Shown: piece by piece, positions 21,562 through 32,350 of the stretch
Position numbering within the stretch: the first letter of the stretch is position 1
Layout: every line of letters starts with the position of its first letter
From: an uncultured archaeon
GTDB lineage: Archaea; Thermoproteota; Bathyarchaeia; Bathyarchaeales; Bathycorpusculaceae
Assembly (NCBI GenBank): GCA_963782915.1
Contig: CAWALK010000015.1
Location: forward strand, 224,001-288,000
Length of the DNA: 64,000 bases
Direction: 5' to 3'
The notes under the pieces: model-generated
Seen by the model: only the letters and a program-made list of their open reading frames with translations
Told to the model about the DNA's origin: nothing
Databases searched by the model: none
Position numbers and translations under genes: made by a program

Positions 21562-21911
21562 TAATCTTTTCCTCCGTCTAGAACAACTATTCCCGCGGCG
21601 AGGATTATGCCGAGGTAAAGGATTAAGAGAAGTGGATTAGCCACGGAGATTGCAAACGCGGCAAAAGCTAGAACTAATACTGATGAATCGAAGATTACGA
21701 AGTAAATCAGGTACTTGTAGAGTGAAACGTTGATTTTGAGTCCTTGGAAGGATACTTTTTCTCCGCAGGCATAGGCTGCCTGTTCGTTTTCGCTTATTGC
21801 GGTTTTTGGGGCGGATCTTTTACCTAAAATGTAGATGGCGTAGGTTGATACAAAGATTAGAACGAATGCGATGAGAGCTTCAACAAGGGCGTCAAGAGCG
21901 GTAATAATCAT
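21561..21911 (-). CDS. nuoA: NuoA/FpoA-like subunit
   Basis: YACGE and YLIYFVIFD motifs; three TMs; first gene of the operon. Confidence 0.82.
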   Translation of the reverse strand: MIITALDALVEALIAFVLIFVSTYAIYILGKRSAPKTAISENEQAAYACGEKVSFQGLKINVSLYKYLIYFVIFDSSVLVLAFAAFAISVANPLLLILYLGIILAAGIVVLDGGKD

Positions 21912-22268
21912 GCTTTTTTCTCTCCGTACATGCTTTTATTCATTAAAGCTGCCTCAGGGATAGAGACAAGTTTGCACTTGTTATATCCGAAAGCGTTTGT
22001 ATGAGCGTATTTAAGTTTATCTGCATGGGAACTAGCCAAATGAACAATGTCCAGCAAGGTCACGACTGAGAAGTTACTGGTGTTTTTCTGGAAACAGCCT
22101 AGCATAGTCTCTCCCACGCTTTTCTCTCCCCATACTACCCCGAGTTATTTCAGTAAAAGCATCACACTTACATTTAAATTTTGAGACCAAGAAAGTGGTG
22201 AATTTCATGAATTTGTCAAAGATTCGAAATCTATACTGAAAAACCAGGGAATTCCCCGTAAATGGGGG

Positions 22269-23375
22269 TTATACGGAGATTTCGTCGCTCAAACCGTTCT
22301 CGGGATATGGGAACAGGTGGGCTTTATCAAGCGGGTAGGTGATGGTGACTTCTTGGCCGATGCTAACCCAATCCTCAGTCAAAGAAGGCCTGTTGATTAC
22401 GAAGCGGTCGCCGTTCACAAGCCTGATTTCGTAGCGCACAATCGTGCCTTCGAAAGTGGTTTTTTCGATTTGCCCAAACAAGCCGTTGTGGCCTTCGCCG
22501 ATTAAGCCCAGTTTCATCTCGCAGGTTTCAGGCCTAATCGCGAAAACGACGCGGTCACCCAACTTTATGTTCCGCTCGTTGAATGCTTCCACACAGTAAC
22601 CCTCGCGTAATTCTATTTCCGCGTTTTTGCCGTCCACTTTGGTGATGTAGCCTTCTAAGAGGTTGGATTCGCCGATGAAGAAAGCAACAAAGAGGCTGTT
22701 GGGGTGCATGTAGAGTTCTTTGGGGGAGCCGATTTGTACGATTTTCCCTTTCTTCATGACGGCGATGCGGTCTGAGATGGACATGGCTTCTGATTGGTCG
22801 TGGGTGACGTGGATTGCGGTTAATTTGAGGTCTTTTGCCATTCTTCGTATTTCGTAGCGGATGTCGTTGCGGACTTTAGCGTCCAGTTGCCCCAATGGTT
22901 CGTCCAGGAGCAGTGTTTTTGCGCCTGCCGCTAATGCGCGGGCTACGGCGATGCGTTGCATCATGCCGCCGCTGAGTTCGCTGGGGTAAGCGGTTACGCG
23001 TTCGCTAAGTTTTACCAGTTCAAGTACTTCGTGTCCGATGGTTTCGGCTTGTTTAGCGTCATAGTTTTTGACTTTGGGGCCGTAGAGTACGTTGCTCCAT
23101 GCGGTCATGTGGGGGAAAAGGGCGAATGTTTGGAATACGAAGCCGATGTCGCGGTCTTCGGGCGGGTCTTTGTCGACTCGTCGGTCGCCGATGTAGATTT
23201 CGCCGCCGTCAGGTTCAATCAAGCCTGCGATGACGCGGAGGAGCGTGGTTTTGCCGCAGCCGCTTGGGCCTAGGAGCGAGAAGTATTCTTGGTCATGTAT
23301 CGTTAAGCTGACGTTGTTTAATGCGTAGACTTTCCCGTATTTTTTGGTGACGTTTACTACTTTTACATCGGGCAT
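22269..23375 (-). CDS. ABC importer ATP-binding protein (PotA/FbpC-like, with TOBE domain)
   Basis: GPSGCGKTT, LSGGMMQR, LLLDEP, VTHDQ. Confidence 0.92.
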   Translation of the reverse strand: MPDVKVVNVTKKYGKVYALNNVSLTIHDQEYFSLLGPSGCGKTTLLRVIAGLIEPDGGEIYIGDRRVDKDPPEDRDIGFVFQTFALFPHMTAWSNVLYGPKVKNYDAKQAETIGHEVLELVKLSERVTAYPSELSGGMMQRIAVARALAAGAKTLLLDEPLGQLDAKVRNDIRYEIRRMAKDLKLTAIHVTHDQSEAMSISDRIAVMKKGKIVQIGSPKELYMHPNSLFVAFFIGESNLLEGYITKVDGKNAEIELREGYCVEAFNERNIKLGDRVVFAIRPETCEMKLGLIGEGHNGLFGQIEKTTFEGTIVRYEIRLVNGDRFVINRPSLTEDWVSIGQEVTITYPLDKAHLFPYPENGLSDEISV

Positions 23376-23426
23376 ACCGTGTTCTCTCCTCTTGTTGGGT
23401 TATGATTGTTATATATTGTTATCATG

Positions 23427-25117
23427 TTAGGGTTTTCCTTTTCTGGTCAATAGCCTCAAAACGAGCAGTATGATGAAGCTAAACAGGATAAGCAAACCGC
23501 AGGCTAAAGCCACGTTTAATGCGTTGACTCCCGGAATCGGCGTTAATGCGCCTCTTACCGAGTTAACCCAGTTAACGATTAAGACTGGGGCGGTTTGTAG
23601 GTTTGTTGCTACGGCTAGGGATGCGCCTGTTTCGCTTATGCTGCGTGTGAAGACGATGATTGCGCCGGATAGGATGGAGTATTTCGTGATTGGCCAAACG
23701 ATTGTGCGGAAAACCGTTAGGGGTTTGGCGCCTAAGGTTTTGGAGGCTTCTTCCATTTCGATGCTTATGCGTTCCATTGCTGCGGACATTGAGCGTACGA
23801 AGTAGGGGTAAGTGATTGCTAAGTGTGCGAAGATTAGGAGCAGGAACTCGGGGATGCCGGGTAAGTTTGACCAGAAGAACTTCAGCGAAACGCCAAGGGC
23901 AATGGAGGGTACGATGATTGGCACGTTAATTAAGGTGTCAAGGATAATCGAGGGCCAAGATCCGAAGGTTTTGCGTGAAATAAGAATAGCCATCGGCAAA
24001 CCCAGTGCAATACCCAAAACCGTCACAATCGCAGCTAAAACATATGACAAGCCAAGGCTGCTCCAGAAACTTGCCCAAATCCCCGAGCCAGTAATTACCT
24101 CCATAAAAGTTTGCCCCGTAGCTATTGCTTGGAAAGCAGGCAACGCAACAAACATTGAGGGAATGAGTACGAGGAAGAAGAATACGGCTAAGGCGATGCC
24201 GTTGCGGGTTAGGGTGCCTTTTTTGTAGCTGAGTTTCTTTTCGTAGCCGACTAAACCGTGGCCAAAAGGCAACTTGAGTCTTTTGCCGACAACCCGTATT
24301 AAAACAAAGATTACGAGTGATACAACGATTAAGATGATGCTGGCAAAAACCGTTGCGCCTTCATAGGTGCCCTGTGAAATGGTGCCGCCTTTGAATTGGT
24401 TACTTACAGTTTGGATAAAGACGGGGCCGTTTAGGAACAAGCCTGCCGCAACGATGAATGTGGCGCCGGTTTCCGAGAGGGACCGGGCAAACGCAAGGGT
24501 ATAAGCCGCGATTAATGACGGTTTTATGATTGGGAACGTTACGGTTCTCGCCGCAGTTAATGGCGGTGCACCAAGGGTGCGGGAAGCACGTTCAAACTCC
24601 ACCTTGTAATCGAGCAAGGCACCGACGATGACGCGGACAACCACCGGGAACGAGAAAGTAAAGTGTAGGAGCATAACCAAAAGCCAACCGGGCGAAACAA
24701 ACGGTTGCCCAAACAAGTCAGAGATTCCGCCGCTTGAACTCCAAAACAACAGCAAGCGAATAACCCAGGGCGGCTGTGGGTACAACGAAGGGAAGGTCGG
24801 CTAATGTGTCCAGGACTGTTAGCCACCGTGATTTTCCTCGGGTGATAAGCCACGCCAAGGGGACACCGGCTAAAAGGTCTAAGGCTGCTACAACAAGGGC
24901 GATGATGAATGATGCTGCAATCGCACCCAACGGCAGTATTCATCAACGCGGGGTTATCGAAAACGTTTTGCAGCGAACCTGCTTTGGTTAGAATCCCAAT
25001 TAGCGGTGGAACAAAGATTAACGCGAAGAAAATTATAATCGCTGAGAGATAGAGAGTGTACTTTAAAGGTTTTTTAGACGATAAGCCATTGAGGGTATTC
25101 CAAACTTTACCTAGCAA
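23427..25117 (-). CDS. ABC importer permease with two TM domains (FbpB/ThiP-like), apparent frameshifts at the 5' end
   Basis: Two EAA-like loops (ERASRTLGA, EEASKTLGA); N-terminus continues in ORFs 24718-24930 and 24557-25117. Confidence 0.85.
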
Positions 25118-25562
25118 GGTGCCGCTCCCTGTGATTCAGCGATGTTTCTGCTCAAAAAGACATTTAATTGAACACTCCACTATATTAGCTGTTACATAGA
25201 AGGCGCTTTTTCCCGATAGTCACAAACAGAATATATAGAAACAACTGAAAATACAGATTTGCAGGTAGCTGCTTGACTAGCTAAAGGTACTGAAGAAGAA
25301 TACAGCCTAAAAAGCCCAAAGAAACACCAAGAAAAACCCTACATAAGAAACAGCAGAGACGCAAGTAAATTACAGAAAACATGAAGTCTTGCTTAGCGGT
25401 TCTAAGTATAAAATTATTTATAAAAATGCATGATTGGTCAATTAATACTGGGCAAACTACAAACTCGCCAGAAGAGACTCACTGATATCTTGAACTATGC
25501 AAAATAATATATCCATCTAGCAACAAGGCAGACAGCTAAACCTATACAGGGGTAACCGACCA

Positions 25563-26807
25563 ATGGCTAATCAGTCTTCACCCGATAACGTATTAGATAC
25601 TAAAGACCCCGGTGCAGATACCGCAAGAAGATACCGCTATCAGGCCGCCTGCACAGCACTTTTATCTCTTGACTTGCTGGACTCAGAGTCAGAATTTGAA
25701 GAATTATTTTGTGAACTGTTTGAAGACTTTATATTGAAACGCAAAGATGGGAATTTCACAGGTTACCAAATAAAGACTAAAAAGTTAGAGTTCGGCCCTT
25801 TCAGTTTAGATGACAAAGCTATCGTTAAGGCGATAAACAAGTTCATATTGATTGAGGCTTCGTTTCCTGGAAAATTCATTAATTTTATCATAGGTTCTAA
25901 CTGTGGCTTTTCCAATGAAGAACCACACGCAGAAAATAATCTGTGTAAGCTCTTAAACGAAGTCAGTAACGACTCTATGAAAACGGGCAGCAAAAAATGG
26001 GTAAAAGAATTTACGGCTAACTCTAAAAAAACAACCGAATTAACCATTGCGGTACTGAAAAAAATTAGGTTACAGCAAATGCTCGATTTGGATAAGTATG
26101 AAGATACATTAACAAGCCGAGTGGCGGCTATTATCGGCGAACAATATGATTATGCAATTGCTTGCAGGAACGCACGTTTGCTTATTGACCAAATGTTTAG
26201 GCAATCAGCGATTCCATGTGATGTTTCAAAATTTCATTATTTCCAATTTCATAAAGACCCTGAAGCTTGTTTAGCTCGTGCTACTATACAAGACAAGCGT
26301 GTAACAAGAGCAAAAGTTGAAAATATAATCAATAATTCTTTAGAAGAAACAATCCCCCTACGTTATGTTAATCCTGTAGACTTATCAGAATTGCCAAAAG
26401 GAATGAGAAAATTAGAGCTTAAACTAGCCAAAGGTGGTCTATCGTCGGGAAACATATTCAACGCTAAAAATCAGAAGTTTTCAGCAGATGCACTCATCGC
26501 TCGTTGGGTGAATCGATATAGTGAGACTAATCAGGCGCCAATAAATTATGAAGACATTAGCTCTAAAGTTCTGAATGTATGTTTGGAGGTTCATGACAGA
26601 TTAATAAATGGAAATCAACCGGTTTTCGGCACAGAGATGTTGAATCAAGTAAGAGAACTCCTGCAAAAAAAGTTTGACGAAGAGTTGCACAGGATTTATC
26701 CAGAGTGTAAATATGAACACATACTGGGAATGGCTATGATTTTAACGGAACAATGTTTGGTTTGGTGGAGCGAGACCTTCCCAATACCGGAGGAAACACC
26801 AATTTGA
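25563..26807 (+). CDS. Lamassu LmuA-like effector: Cap4/DUF4297 dsDNA endonuclease plus ABC-3C C-terminal domain
   Basis: G..T..RYRYQ, E..ED, YQIKTK PD-(D/E)xK pattern; C-terminal GMAMILTEQCLVWW. Confidence 0.78.
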   Translation: MANQSSPDNVLDTKDPGADTARRYRYQAACTALLSLDLLDSESEFEELFCELFEDFILKRKDGNFTGYQIKTKKLEFGPFSLDDKAIVKAINKFILIEASFPGKFINFIIGSNCGFSNEEPHAENNLCKLLNEVSNDSMKTGSKKWVKEFTANSKKTTELTIAVLKKIRLQQMLDLDKYEDTLTSRVAAIIGEQYDYAIACRNARLLIDQMFRQSAIPCDVSKFHYFQFHKDPEACLARATIQDKRVTRAKVENIINNSLEETIPLRYVNPVDLSELPKGMRKLELKLAKGGLSSGNIFNAKNQKFSADALIARWVNRYSETNQAPINYEDISSKVLNVCLEVHDRLINGNQPVFGTEMLNQVRELLQKKFDEELHRIYPECKYEHILGMAMILTEQCLVWWSETFPIPEETPI

Positions 26808-27358
26808 CGCTTTTCTCAATTCTCAATAATCTTGAGAAAAATGATGACATTCATGTTGCCAGAATCCTTGTTCTCCTGAAAACATACTCTAAGGATCAAT
26901 ACGGTCCGCCCATTAGAGGCATTACAAAACTAGTAAAATTAGATTTTCTCCTTAGATACCCCATCTATTTAGAAAGAGCACTAAAAGCTATCAATTCTAA
27001 AGACGATGTTCAGGTATTGCCGTTTGAACGAAATAGTATCGAATCGGCGATGATAAGGTACCACTACGGTCCTTGGGACCATCGGTATCGCCGTTGGATT
27101 AACTTACTTATGGCCAAGAATTTAATTAGCGTAAGAATGGAAAAAACAACAGTAGTTATTCAATTGACAAAAGATGGTAATGAAAAAGCAACTCTGTTAT
27201 TACAGCAACCTTGCTATAAGCAAATTGGCAATAGATCAAATGTACTAAAAATGAATTTTGGTAAGTACACTGCGATGAAATTAAAGGATTTCGTGTACAG
27301 CACGTTTCCAGAAATTAAAGGTAAAAAACTTGGTGAGGAAATTCTGAATGATCTTTAA
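26804..27358 (+). CDS. Lamassu LmuC-like / ABC-3C middle component
   Basis: TTG start overlapping the upstream TGA, GGAGG SD; KLVKLDFLLRYP, RYHYGPWD, wHTH-like LT..G. Confidence 0.72.
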   Translation: MTLFSILNNLEKNDDIHVARILVLLKTYSKDQYGPPIRGITKLVKLDFLLRYPIYLERALKAINSKDDVQVLPFERNSIESAMIRYHYGPWDHRYRRWINLLMAKNLISVRMEKTTVVIQLTKDGNEKATLLLQQPCYKQIGNRSNVLKMNFGKYTAMKLKDFVYSTFPEIKGKKLGEEILNDL

Positions 27359-29279
27359 AATCGACAGTTTAATACTAGAATGTAAAGAAGATAACGTAAG
27401 AATCGATTTTTCCCCCAATATTACAATTTTCCATGGTCCAACCTCAGCAGGGAAATCAACTATCGCACGTTTGATAGATTACTGTTTGGGGCGAGACATG
27501 TCAAAGAAAACTTTGGCCTTACAAAAAGAGCTATTATCAACAACACTTGATGCAACAATTGGTCCCAATAAAGCCCGTTTCAAAAGAGTTGAAGGACATT
27601 CAAATTACATCGAAGTAATGTGGACAAACCAAGCTACCCCTAACGTTGTTAATACAATAACAGCGCCTATACAACCTGCTGAACTACCGATAATGAGTAA
27701 TAACATTTTCAGTTTAAGCGATGTTATTTTCTTTTTAATGGGCAAACGTTCAATTGAGGTTCCAACAAAAGTTAAAATGGCTAATTTTAAGCAACTAACA
27801 TTCAGGAACTTAATGTGGTATTGTTACCTTGAACAAGATTTACTAGCATCTAAATTCTATCATTTAGGCGATCCAGTAGTAGAAATCGACAGCCGTAATG
27901 CAATGAAATACATAATGGGTCAATTTACCGATAATATGTATGTCTTGCTTAAGAAACTATCAGATATCGAAAAATTACTAGCTCAAAAACAAAATGAAGT
28001 AAAAAATAATTCGGCATTTCTTGAACAGTTCGGTTTTGAATCTAGTGAAATTCTTGGCAATAAAATTAAGGACATTCAAGAGGAATTAACTATTTCAAAA
28101 CAAAAACTAAGTGCACTGCACCAAGGATACAAAGAAAGCACCCATTTTGCGGATAGGCTGAGGCATGAATTACAAGAATTAAGTAAGAAAATTGGTGAAA
28201 GCGAGCAAGACATTATAGAAATTAATCGTCAAATAGATATTCAAAAATCATTAAGAGATGAGTTGCTTACAGCTCAAAATAAAATATATAGATCGCAAAC
28301 TGCCAAAAACATACTTTATTCTGTCAGTTTTAAGACATGCCCTGAATGTGGTAAGGAGGTCAAAAAAGAAAATTTGGATTTAGCGCATTCTTGCCCTTTA
28401 TGTAGACAGAAAATAGAAGTTGAAAATTTCGGTAACGATGAAGCCGCTAATATTTCAGATTTAAAATCTATATTATTTGAAGAGCTCAACGAGTCCATCG
28501 ACCTTCAACAAAAAGTACTGATTCTTAGAGAACAGGTTTTAAATGATAATCGAAACAAGAAAATAGAACTAGATGAACGATTTAATGAAGAAGTTAAAGA
28601 TTACGATTCCAGCTTTCTATCCAATTCACGTGATTCCGACAGAAAAATTGCAGAGTTAAATGAAAGATTGAATATTTATAGCCGTATTATCGAGTTGCCG
28701 AAGGCACTAATAAAAACCGAAGCGTCATGTACGCAATTATCTGAGGACAAAGTTATCGTCAATCAAGAAATCAACAAAGAAAAGAAGTTAGCGATAAAAT
28801 CTAAGGAATACATCCAAGAACTGGAATATCGTTATTTATTTTCAATGGTCGCATCTAATGTGCCTGGTGTAACCTCCCGGGATAGAGTTCATATAGATAC
28901 GCATACGTGGTTGCCTCATATCTATGAAGGTGGAGATGCAAGTAGAGCTTACACGTTTTACAATGCAGGCAGTTCTGGCAAGGCAACCCTCGTTAATGTA
29001 TGCTATGCGCTTGCGTTACATGAAATCACTACAAAACATGATTTGCCGTTGCCCGATTTCTTAATTATCGATACGCCGATGCAACATATTCATGAGGGGC
29101 TGAATCGGGCGATTTTCGAGGCATTTTATAATAATATCTATAATTTAGCAAAAGGGCCGTTATGTGACACTCAATTTATCATAATAGATAAAGAATTCTT
29201 CCCACCACAAGAGCCATTGCCGCTTAAGATTGAACAGCATTATCTTGAGAAACTAATACCCTATTATGACGGCGCATAA
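27348..29279 (+). CDS. Lamassu LmuB-like SMC/Rad50-type ABC ATPase
   Basis: Walker A GPTSAGKST, coiled coils with central CPECG...CPLC, signature SSGK, Walker B FLIIDTP, QFIIID. Confidence 0.82.
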   Translation: MIFKIDSLILECKEDNVRIDFSPNITIFHGPTSAGKSTIARLIDYCLGRDMSKKTLALQKELLSTTLDATIGPNKARFKRVEGHSNYIEVMWTNQATPNVVNTITAPIQPAELPIMSNNIFSLSDVIFFLMGKRSIEVPTKVKMANFKQLTFRNLMWYCYLEQDLLASKFYHLGDPVVEIDSRNAMKYIMGQFTDNMYVLLKKLSDIEKLLAQKQNEVKNNSAFLEQFGFESSEILGNKIKDIQEELTISKQKLSALHQGYKESTHFADRLRHELQELSKKIGESEQDIIEINRQIDIQKSLRDELLTAQNKIYRSQTAKNILYSVSFKTCPECGKEVKKENLDLAHSCPLCRQKIEVENFGNDEAANISDLKSILFEELNESIDLQQKVLILREQVLNDNRNKKIELDERFNEEVKDYDSSFLSNSRDSDRKIAELNERLNIYSRIIELPKALIKTEASCTQLSEDKVIVNQEINKEKKLAIKSKEYIQELEYRYLFSMVASNVPGVTSRDRVHIDTHTWLPHIYEGGDASRAYTFYNAGSSGKATLVNVCYALALHEITTKHDLPLPDFLIIDTPMQHIHEGLNRAIFEAFYNNIYNLAKGPLCDTQFIIIDKEFFPPQEPLPLKIEQHYLEKLIPYYDGA

Positions 29280-29779
29280 CATTTCATGTTGTAATGAAAA
29301 AACAAGGCGAGGCATGAATAAATTAGTCGCTACGTCGCTTAGAAAGAATATTTCTTTAGGCATAATGTTGTCACTCATTTTATGCTTGTTTTCTTGTGTT
29401 TTAGCCTGTTAATAGTGGGGGGCTAAAGGTTAGTCGGTTTAGGTATTGGAGAGTGTTAGTGGGTTTGTTGGTTGTTCTGAATTTTGTGGCCCTTTGTGTT
29501 GTGCCACGGGTGGTACAAGACGGCTTATCTGTAATCAGCGGCTCTTCTGGGGTTACGGGCGAATTGAATTGAATGGGCCATGCTAGTGCCCGACCTCATT
29601 GCGCTGTCATTGTCACTGCTTGCAAAGATATTCAATAATTCAGTCTATATATAGAGGGAGGGGAGGGTGCGGCAAAGCAACAAACTTGTGGACTGTTTGC
29701 GCATACGCTTCCATATACCGCTTTATATAAGGGGCCTATAGAAAAAAACCGCAGCTAATCCAGCAACCAAAGAAAACAG

Positions 29780-30565
29780 TTAACTGACGACTTTTCTGAA
29801 CTGGTACACTGTGGCACCCAACGTCAACACCCCCACGAGCGCGATGACGCCGTATGCTTGGAGGATTATGCTCCAGTCAAACCCAGTAATCATTAAAACG
29901 CGGCAAGCGTTTACGGCGTAGCTGATGGGGTTGAACGCTGAAATCGTCTGTATCCAGCTGGGTTGAAAACTCTGCGGCACCAACGCCGTACTCAAGAAAA
30001 GTAGCGGAAAAGTGATGAAGCCGCCGATGGCGAACACGGTTTCGGCGCTGCGTGTTTTCATGCCGATAGCTAAGGAAATCCCGGACCATGCTAAACCGAA
30101 AAACGCCACGGTTATCAAGATCAAGATGATGCCGGGGACACCTGTTGCGTATGAGACGCCCACAAAAGGCAAAAACGACAACGCAATAATAATAATCGAC
30201 TGAATAACCACGCGGAAAGCATCACTTGTCAAGCGACCCAGCAAAATCGCGTAGCGACTAACGGGTGTAACGAGCATTTTTTGCAGAAAACCCGAATCAA
30301 TATCCGCCACAATCGAGTTCCCCGATTGCAACGCACTTCCAAAAGCGTTCTGCAGCAAAATACCCGCCGTTGCGAAAATCGCGTAACTGCTCGTACCCGT
30401 AGCGGCGATGAAACCGGGAATTTCGGAGAATTGCCCAAAAAGCTGCGTGAAAAGCAGCAGGAAAATGATCGGTTGAAAAAGCGAAAAAAACAGCAAAATC
30501 GGGTTACGCACCAATTTTTGGAGGTAACGCACAAACAAGTACCAAGTATCTGCCAGTAAAGCCAT
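29780..30565 (-). CDS. ABC-2 exporter permease (DrrB-like)
   Basis: Six TMs; GFLQKMLVTPVSR; NPISYAV. Confidence 0.88.
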   Translation of the reverse strand: MALLADTWYLFVRYLQKLVRNPILLFFSLFQPIIFLLLFTQLFGQFSEIPGFIAATGTSSYAIFATAGILLQNAFGSALQSGNSIVADIDSGFLQKMLVTPVSRYAILLGRLTSDAFRVVIQSIIIIALSFLPFVGVSYATGVPGIILILITVAFFGLAWSGISLAIGMKTRSAETVFAIGGFITFPLLFLSTALVPQSFQPSWIQTISAFNPISYAVNACRVLMITGFDWSIILQAYGVIALVGVLTLGATVYQFRKVVS

Positions 30566-31575
30566 TACCGTCTGCCTCCTCCGAACATGGAACTCGGCGC
30601 CTTCACAAGATCCTCAGTGCGTATCCGCCGGCCGGTATGCTTAAGAAACACATCATCCAACGAAGGCGAAGAAAACGTAACCGAGAGCAGATGGATGTTG
30701 CTGCTGTCAAAAGCCCGCACAATATCAGCAACCAACAACCCGGCATCCTTAGCAAAAACATTCAAGCACTCCTCGGGACCGGAATCCACAACACTGGTCA
30801 CACCCTCCAAGGTTCCCAAAATTTCTTTAGCCTGCGGCTTAACCCGCTCGCAATCCTCAATCGAGAGCTTGATCGAATCCGAACCGATTTCCCGCTTCAA
30901 CTCCGCGGGTGTACCACCGGCAACGATTTTACCGAAATCCACAATCGCCAAACGCTTACACAACTTATCCGCCTCCTCAAGATACTGCGTCGTCAAAAAA
31001 ATCGTCATCCCCTCCTTATTGAGCCGTTCAAGATAAGACCAAATAGCCTGACGCGACTGCGGATCTAAACCGGTTGTAGGTTCGTCGAGAAAGAGCAGTT
31101 TAGGCTCATGAACCAACGCCGTAGCCAAATCCAAACGTTTCTTCATACCGCCGGAATAATTGCGTGCCCGCTTGTCAGCGGCACCTTCAAGCCCGACGAG
31201 TTTTAAGAGTTCCTCGCAACGCCTTTTAAGTTTGGCACTCGGGATTTGTTGGAAGTGACCTTGGAGCATAATGTTTTCTCGGCCGGTCAAATCGCCGTCA
31301 ACGGTTGTTTCTTGGCTTTGCACCCCGATGATTTTGCGTATGGCCGCGGCGCCGCCATCTATATCATGCCCCGCCACGGTTACTTTGCCGGAGGTTTTGC
31401 GCAGCAAAGTAGTGAGGATTTTGATGGTTGTGCTTTTTCCCGCGCCATTAGGCCCTAAGAAACCGAAGAATTCCCCTTCCCCAACACTAAAAGAGATATC
31501 ATCAACGGCTTTAGTGCCATCAGAATACACCAGTACCAGGTTTTTGACGGAAATAAATTCTGACATAGTTGCCAT
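30565..31575 (-). CDS. ABC-2 exporter ATPase (DrrA-like)
   Basis: GPNGAGKST, YSGGMKKRL, LDEPTTGLDP, PSLDDVFLKHTG. Confidence 0.9.
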   Translation of the reverse strand: MATMSEFISVKNLVLVYSDGTKAVDDISFSVGEGEFFGFLGPNGAGKSTTIKILTTLLRKTSGKVTVAGHDIDGGAAAIRKIIGVQSQETTVDGDLTGRENIMLQGHFQQIPSAKLKRRCEELLKLVGLEGAADKRARNYSGGMKKRLDLATALVHEPKLLFLDEPTTGLDPQSRQAIWSYLERLNKEGMTIFLTTQYLEEADKLCKRLAIVDFGKIVAGGTPAELKREIGSDSIKLSIEDCERVKPQAKEILGTLEGVTSVVDSGPEECLNVFAKDAGLLVADIVRAFDSSNIHLLSVTFSSPSLDDVFLKHTGRRIRTEDLVKAPSSMFGGGRR

Positions 31576-31846
31576 AAGTTTAATTTGTGTTTTTGGAATT
31601 AACCCTATGTGACTGTGTCTGGACAGCAACGATTGGAAGCTAGAACATATCCTTGATTGGTGCAGCTGTTGGCGGCGCTGGTTTTTGGTGTTGGGCTATT
31701 TTTTGGGTTGCTGGTTGGTTGGGGCTGATTGTGCAGCCAGACGCGGCTAAAAACAAAGCCTGATTTTCAAACTGGGATTCCTGTTACTACCAGTTGCACC
31801 AGCAGAGGCTTAAATATGCTCCATCTGGTAGTTTTTTGGTGAAAAC

Positions 31847-32056
31847 ATGCAGACGACAAGTCTAAACCAAATTCAGGGACAGGAATTATGTGATGAAATC
31901 GCGAACATGCTACTCAACACTATCGAAGCGCAGGACATTGATCATAAGGTTGAGGCGGCGGTGAATGTTTTTCTCACAAAACAAAACATCAACCTTGACT
32001 CGGCGGAGTTGGCGCAGAAACTTTCCTGGTCAATCAAAGTAAGATTGGAAAGATAG
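31847..32056 (+). CDS. Small hypothetical protein
   Basis: GGTGA SD before ATG; 69 aa. Confidence 0.6.
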   Translation: MQTTSLNQIQGQELCDEIANMLLNTIEAQDIDHKVEAAVNVFLTKQNINLDSAELAQKLSWSIKVRLER

Positions 32057-32070
32057 AATTTTGGAGGTGA

Positions 32071-32298
32071 ATGATTTTGGTTAGAGGCGAAGGTACAACC
32101 GCTCAGGGTTTTGCGAGTCCAGCAAAGATTCAGCATTGCCTAAAAGGGGCACATTACCCATCCAACAAGGATGACTTAGTGAATTTGGCGAAGAAGAATA
32201 ATGCGCCCAACGAGGTCATGTCTATTTTGGATTTGATTCCCGAGAAAGAATACATTTCTCCGGCGCATGTAATGAAAGAAGTAGGCAAAAAAGAGTAA
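32071..32298 (+). CDS. DUF2795-family protein
   Basis: LKGAHYPSNKDDLVNLAKKNNAP...IPEKEY.SPA motif; GGAGGTGA SD. Confidence 0.8.
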   Translation: MILVRGEGTTAQGFASPAKIQHCLKGAHYPSNKDDLVNLAKKNNAPNEVMSILDLIPEKEYISPAHVMKEVGKKE

Positions 32299-32350
32299 AC
32301 AAGTTCCCTTTTTTAAATTTTGGCGATCCCTTAAAGTTTGAGGCGAATGT

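Noticed and set aside
21908-22117. 69-aa ORF upstream of the hydrogenase operon
   Set aside because: No recognisable motif, and it covers the likely promoter region; probably spurious.
7133-31612. Numerous antisense or alternate-frame ORFs over hppA, proBA, the nuo-like genes and ABC genes (e.g. 12108-12929, 15956-16507)
   Set aside because: Shadow ORFs of well-supported genes with biased, non-protein-like composition.
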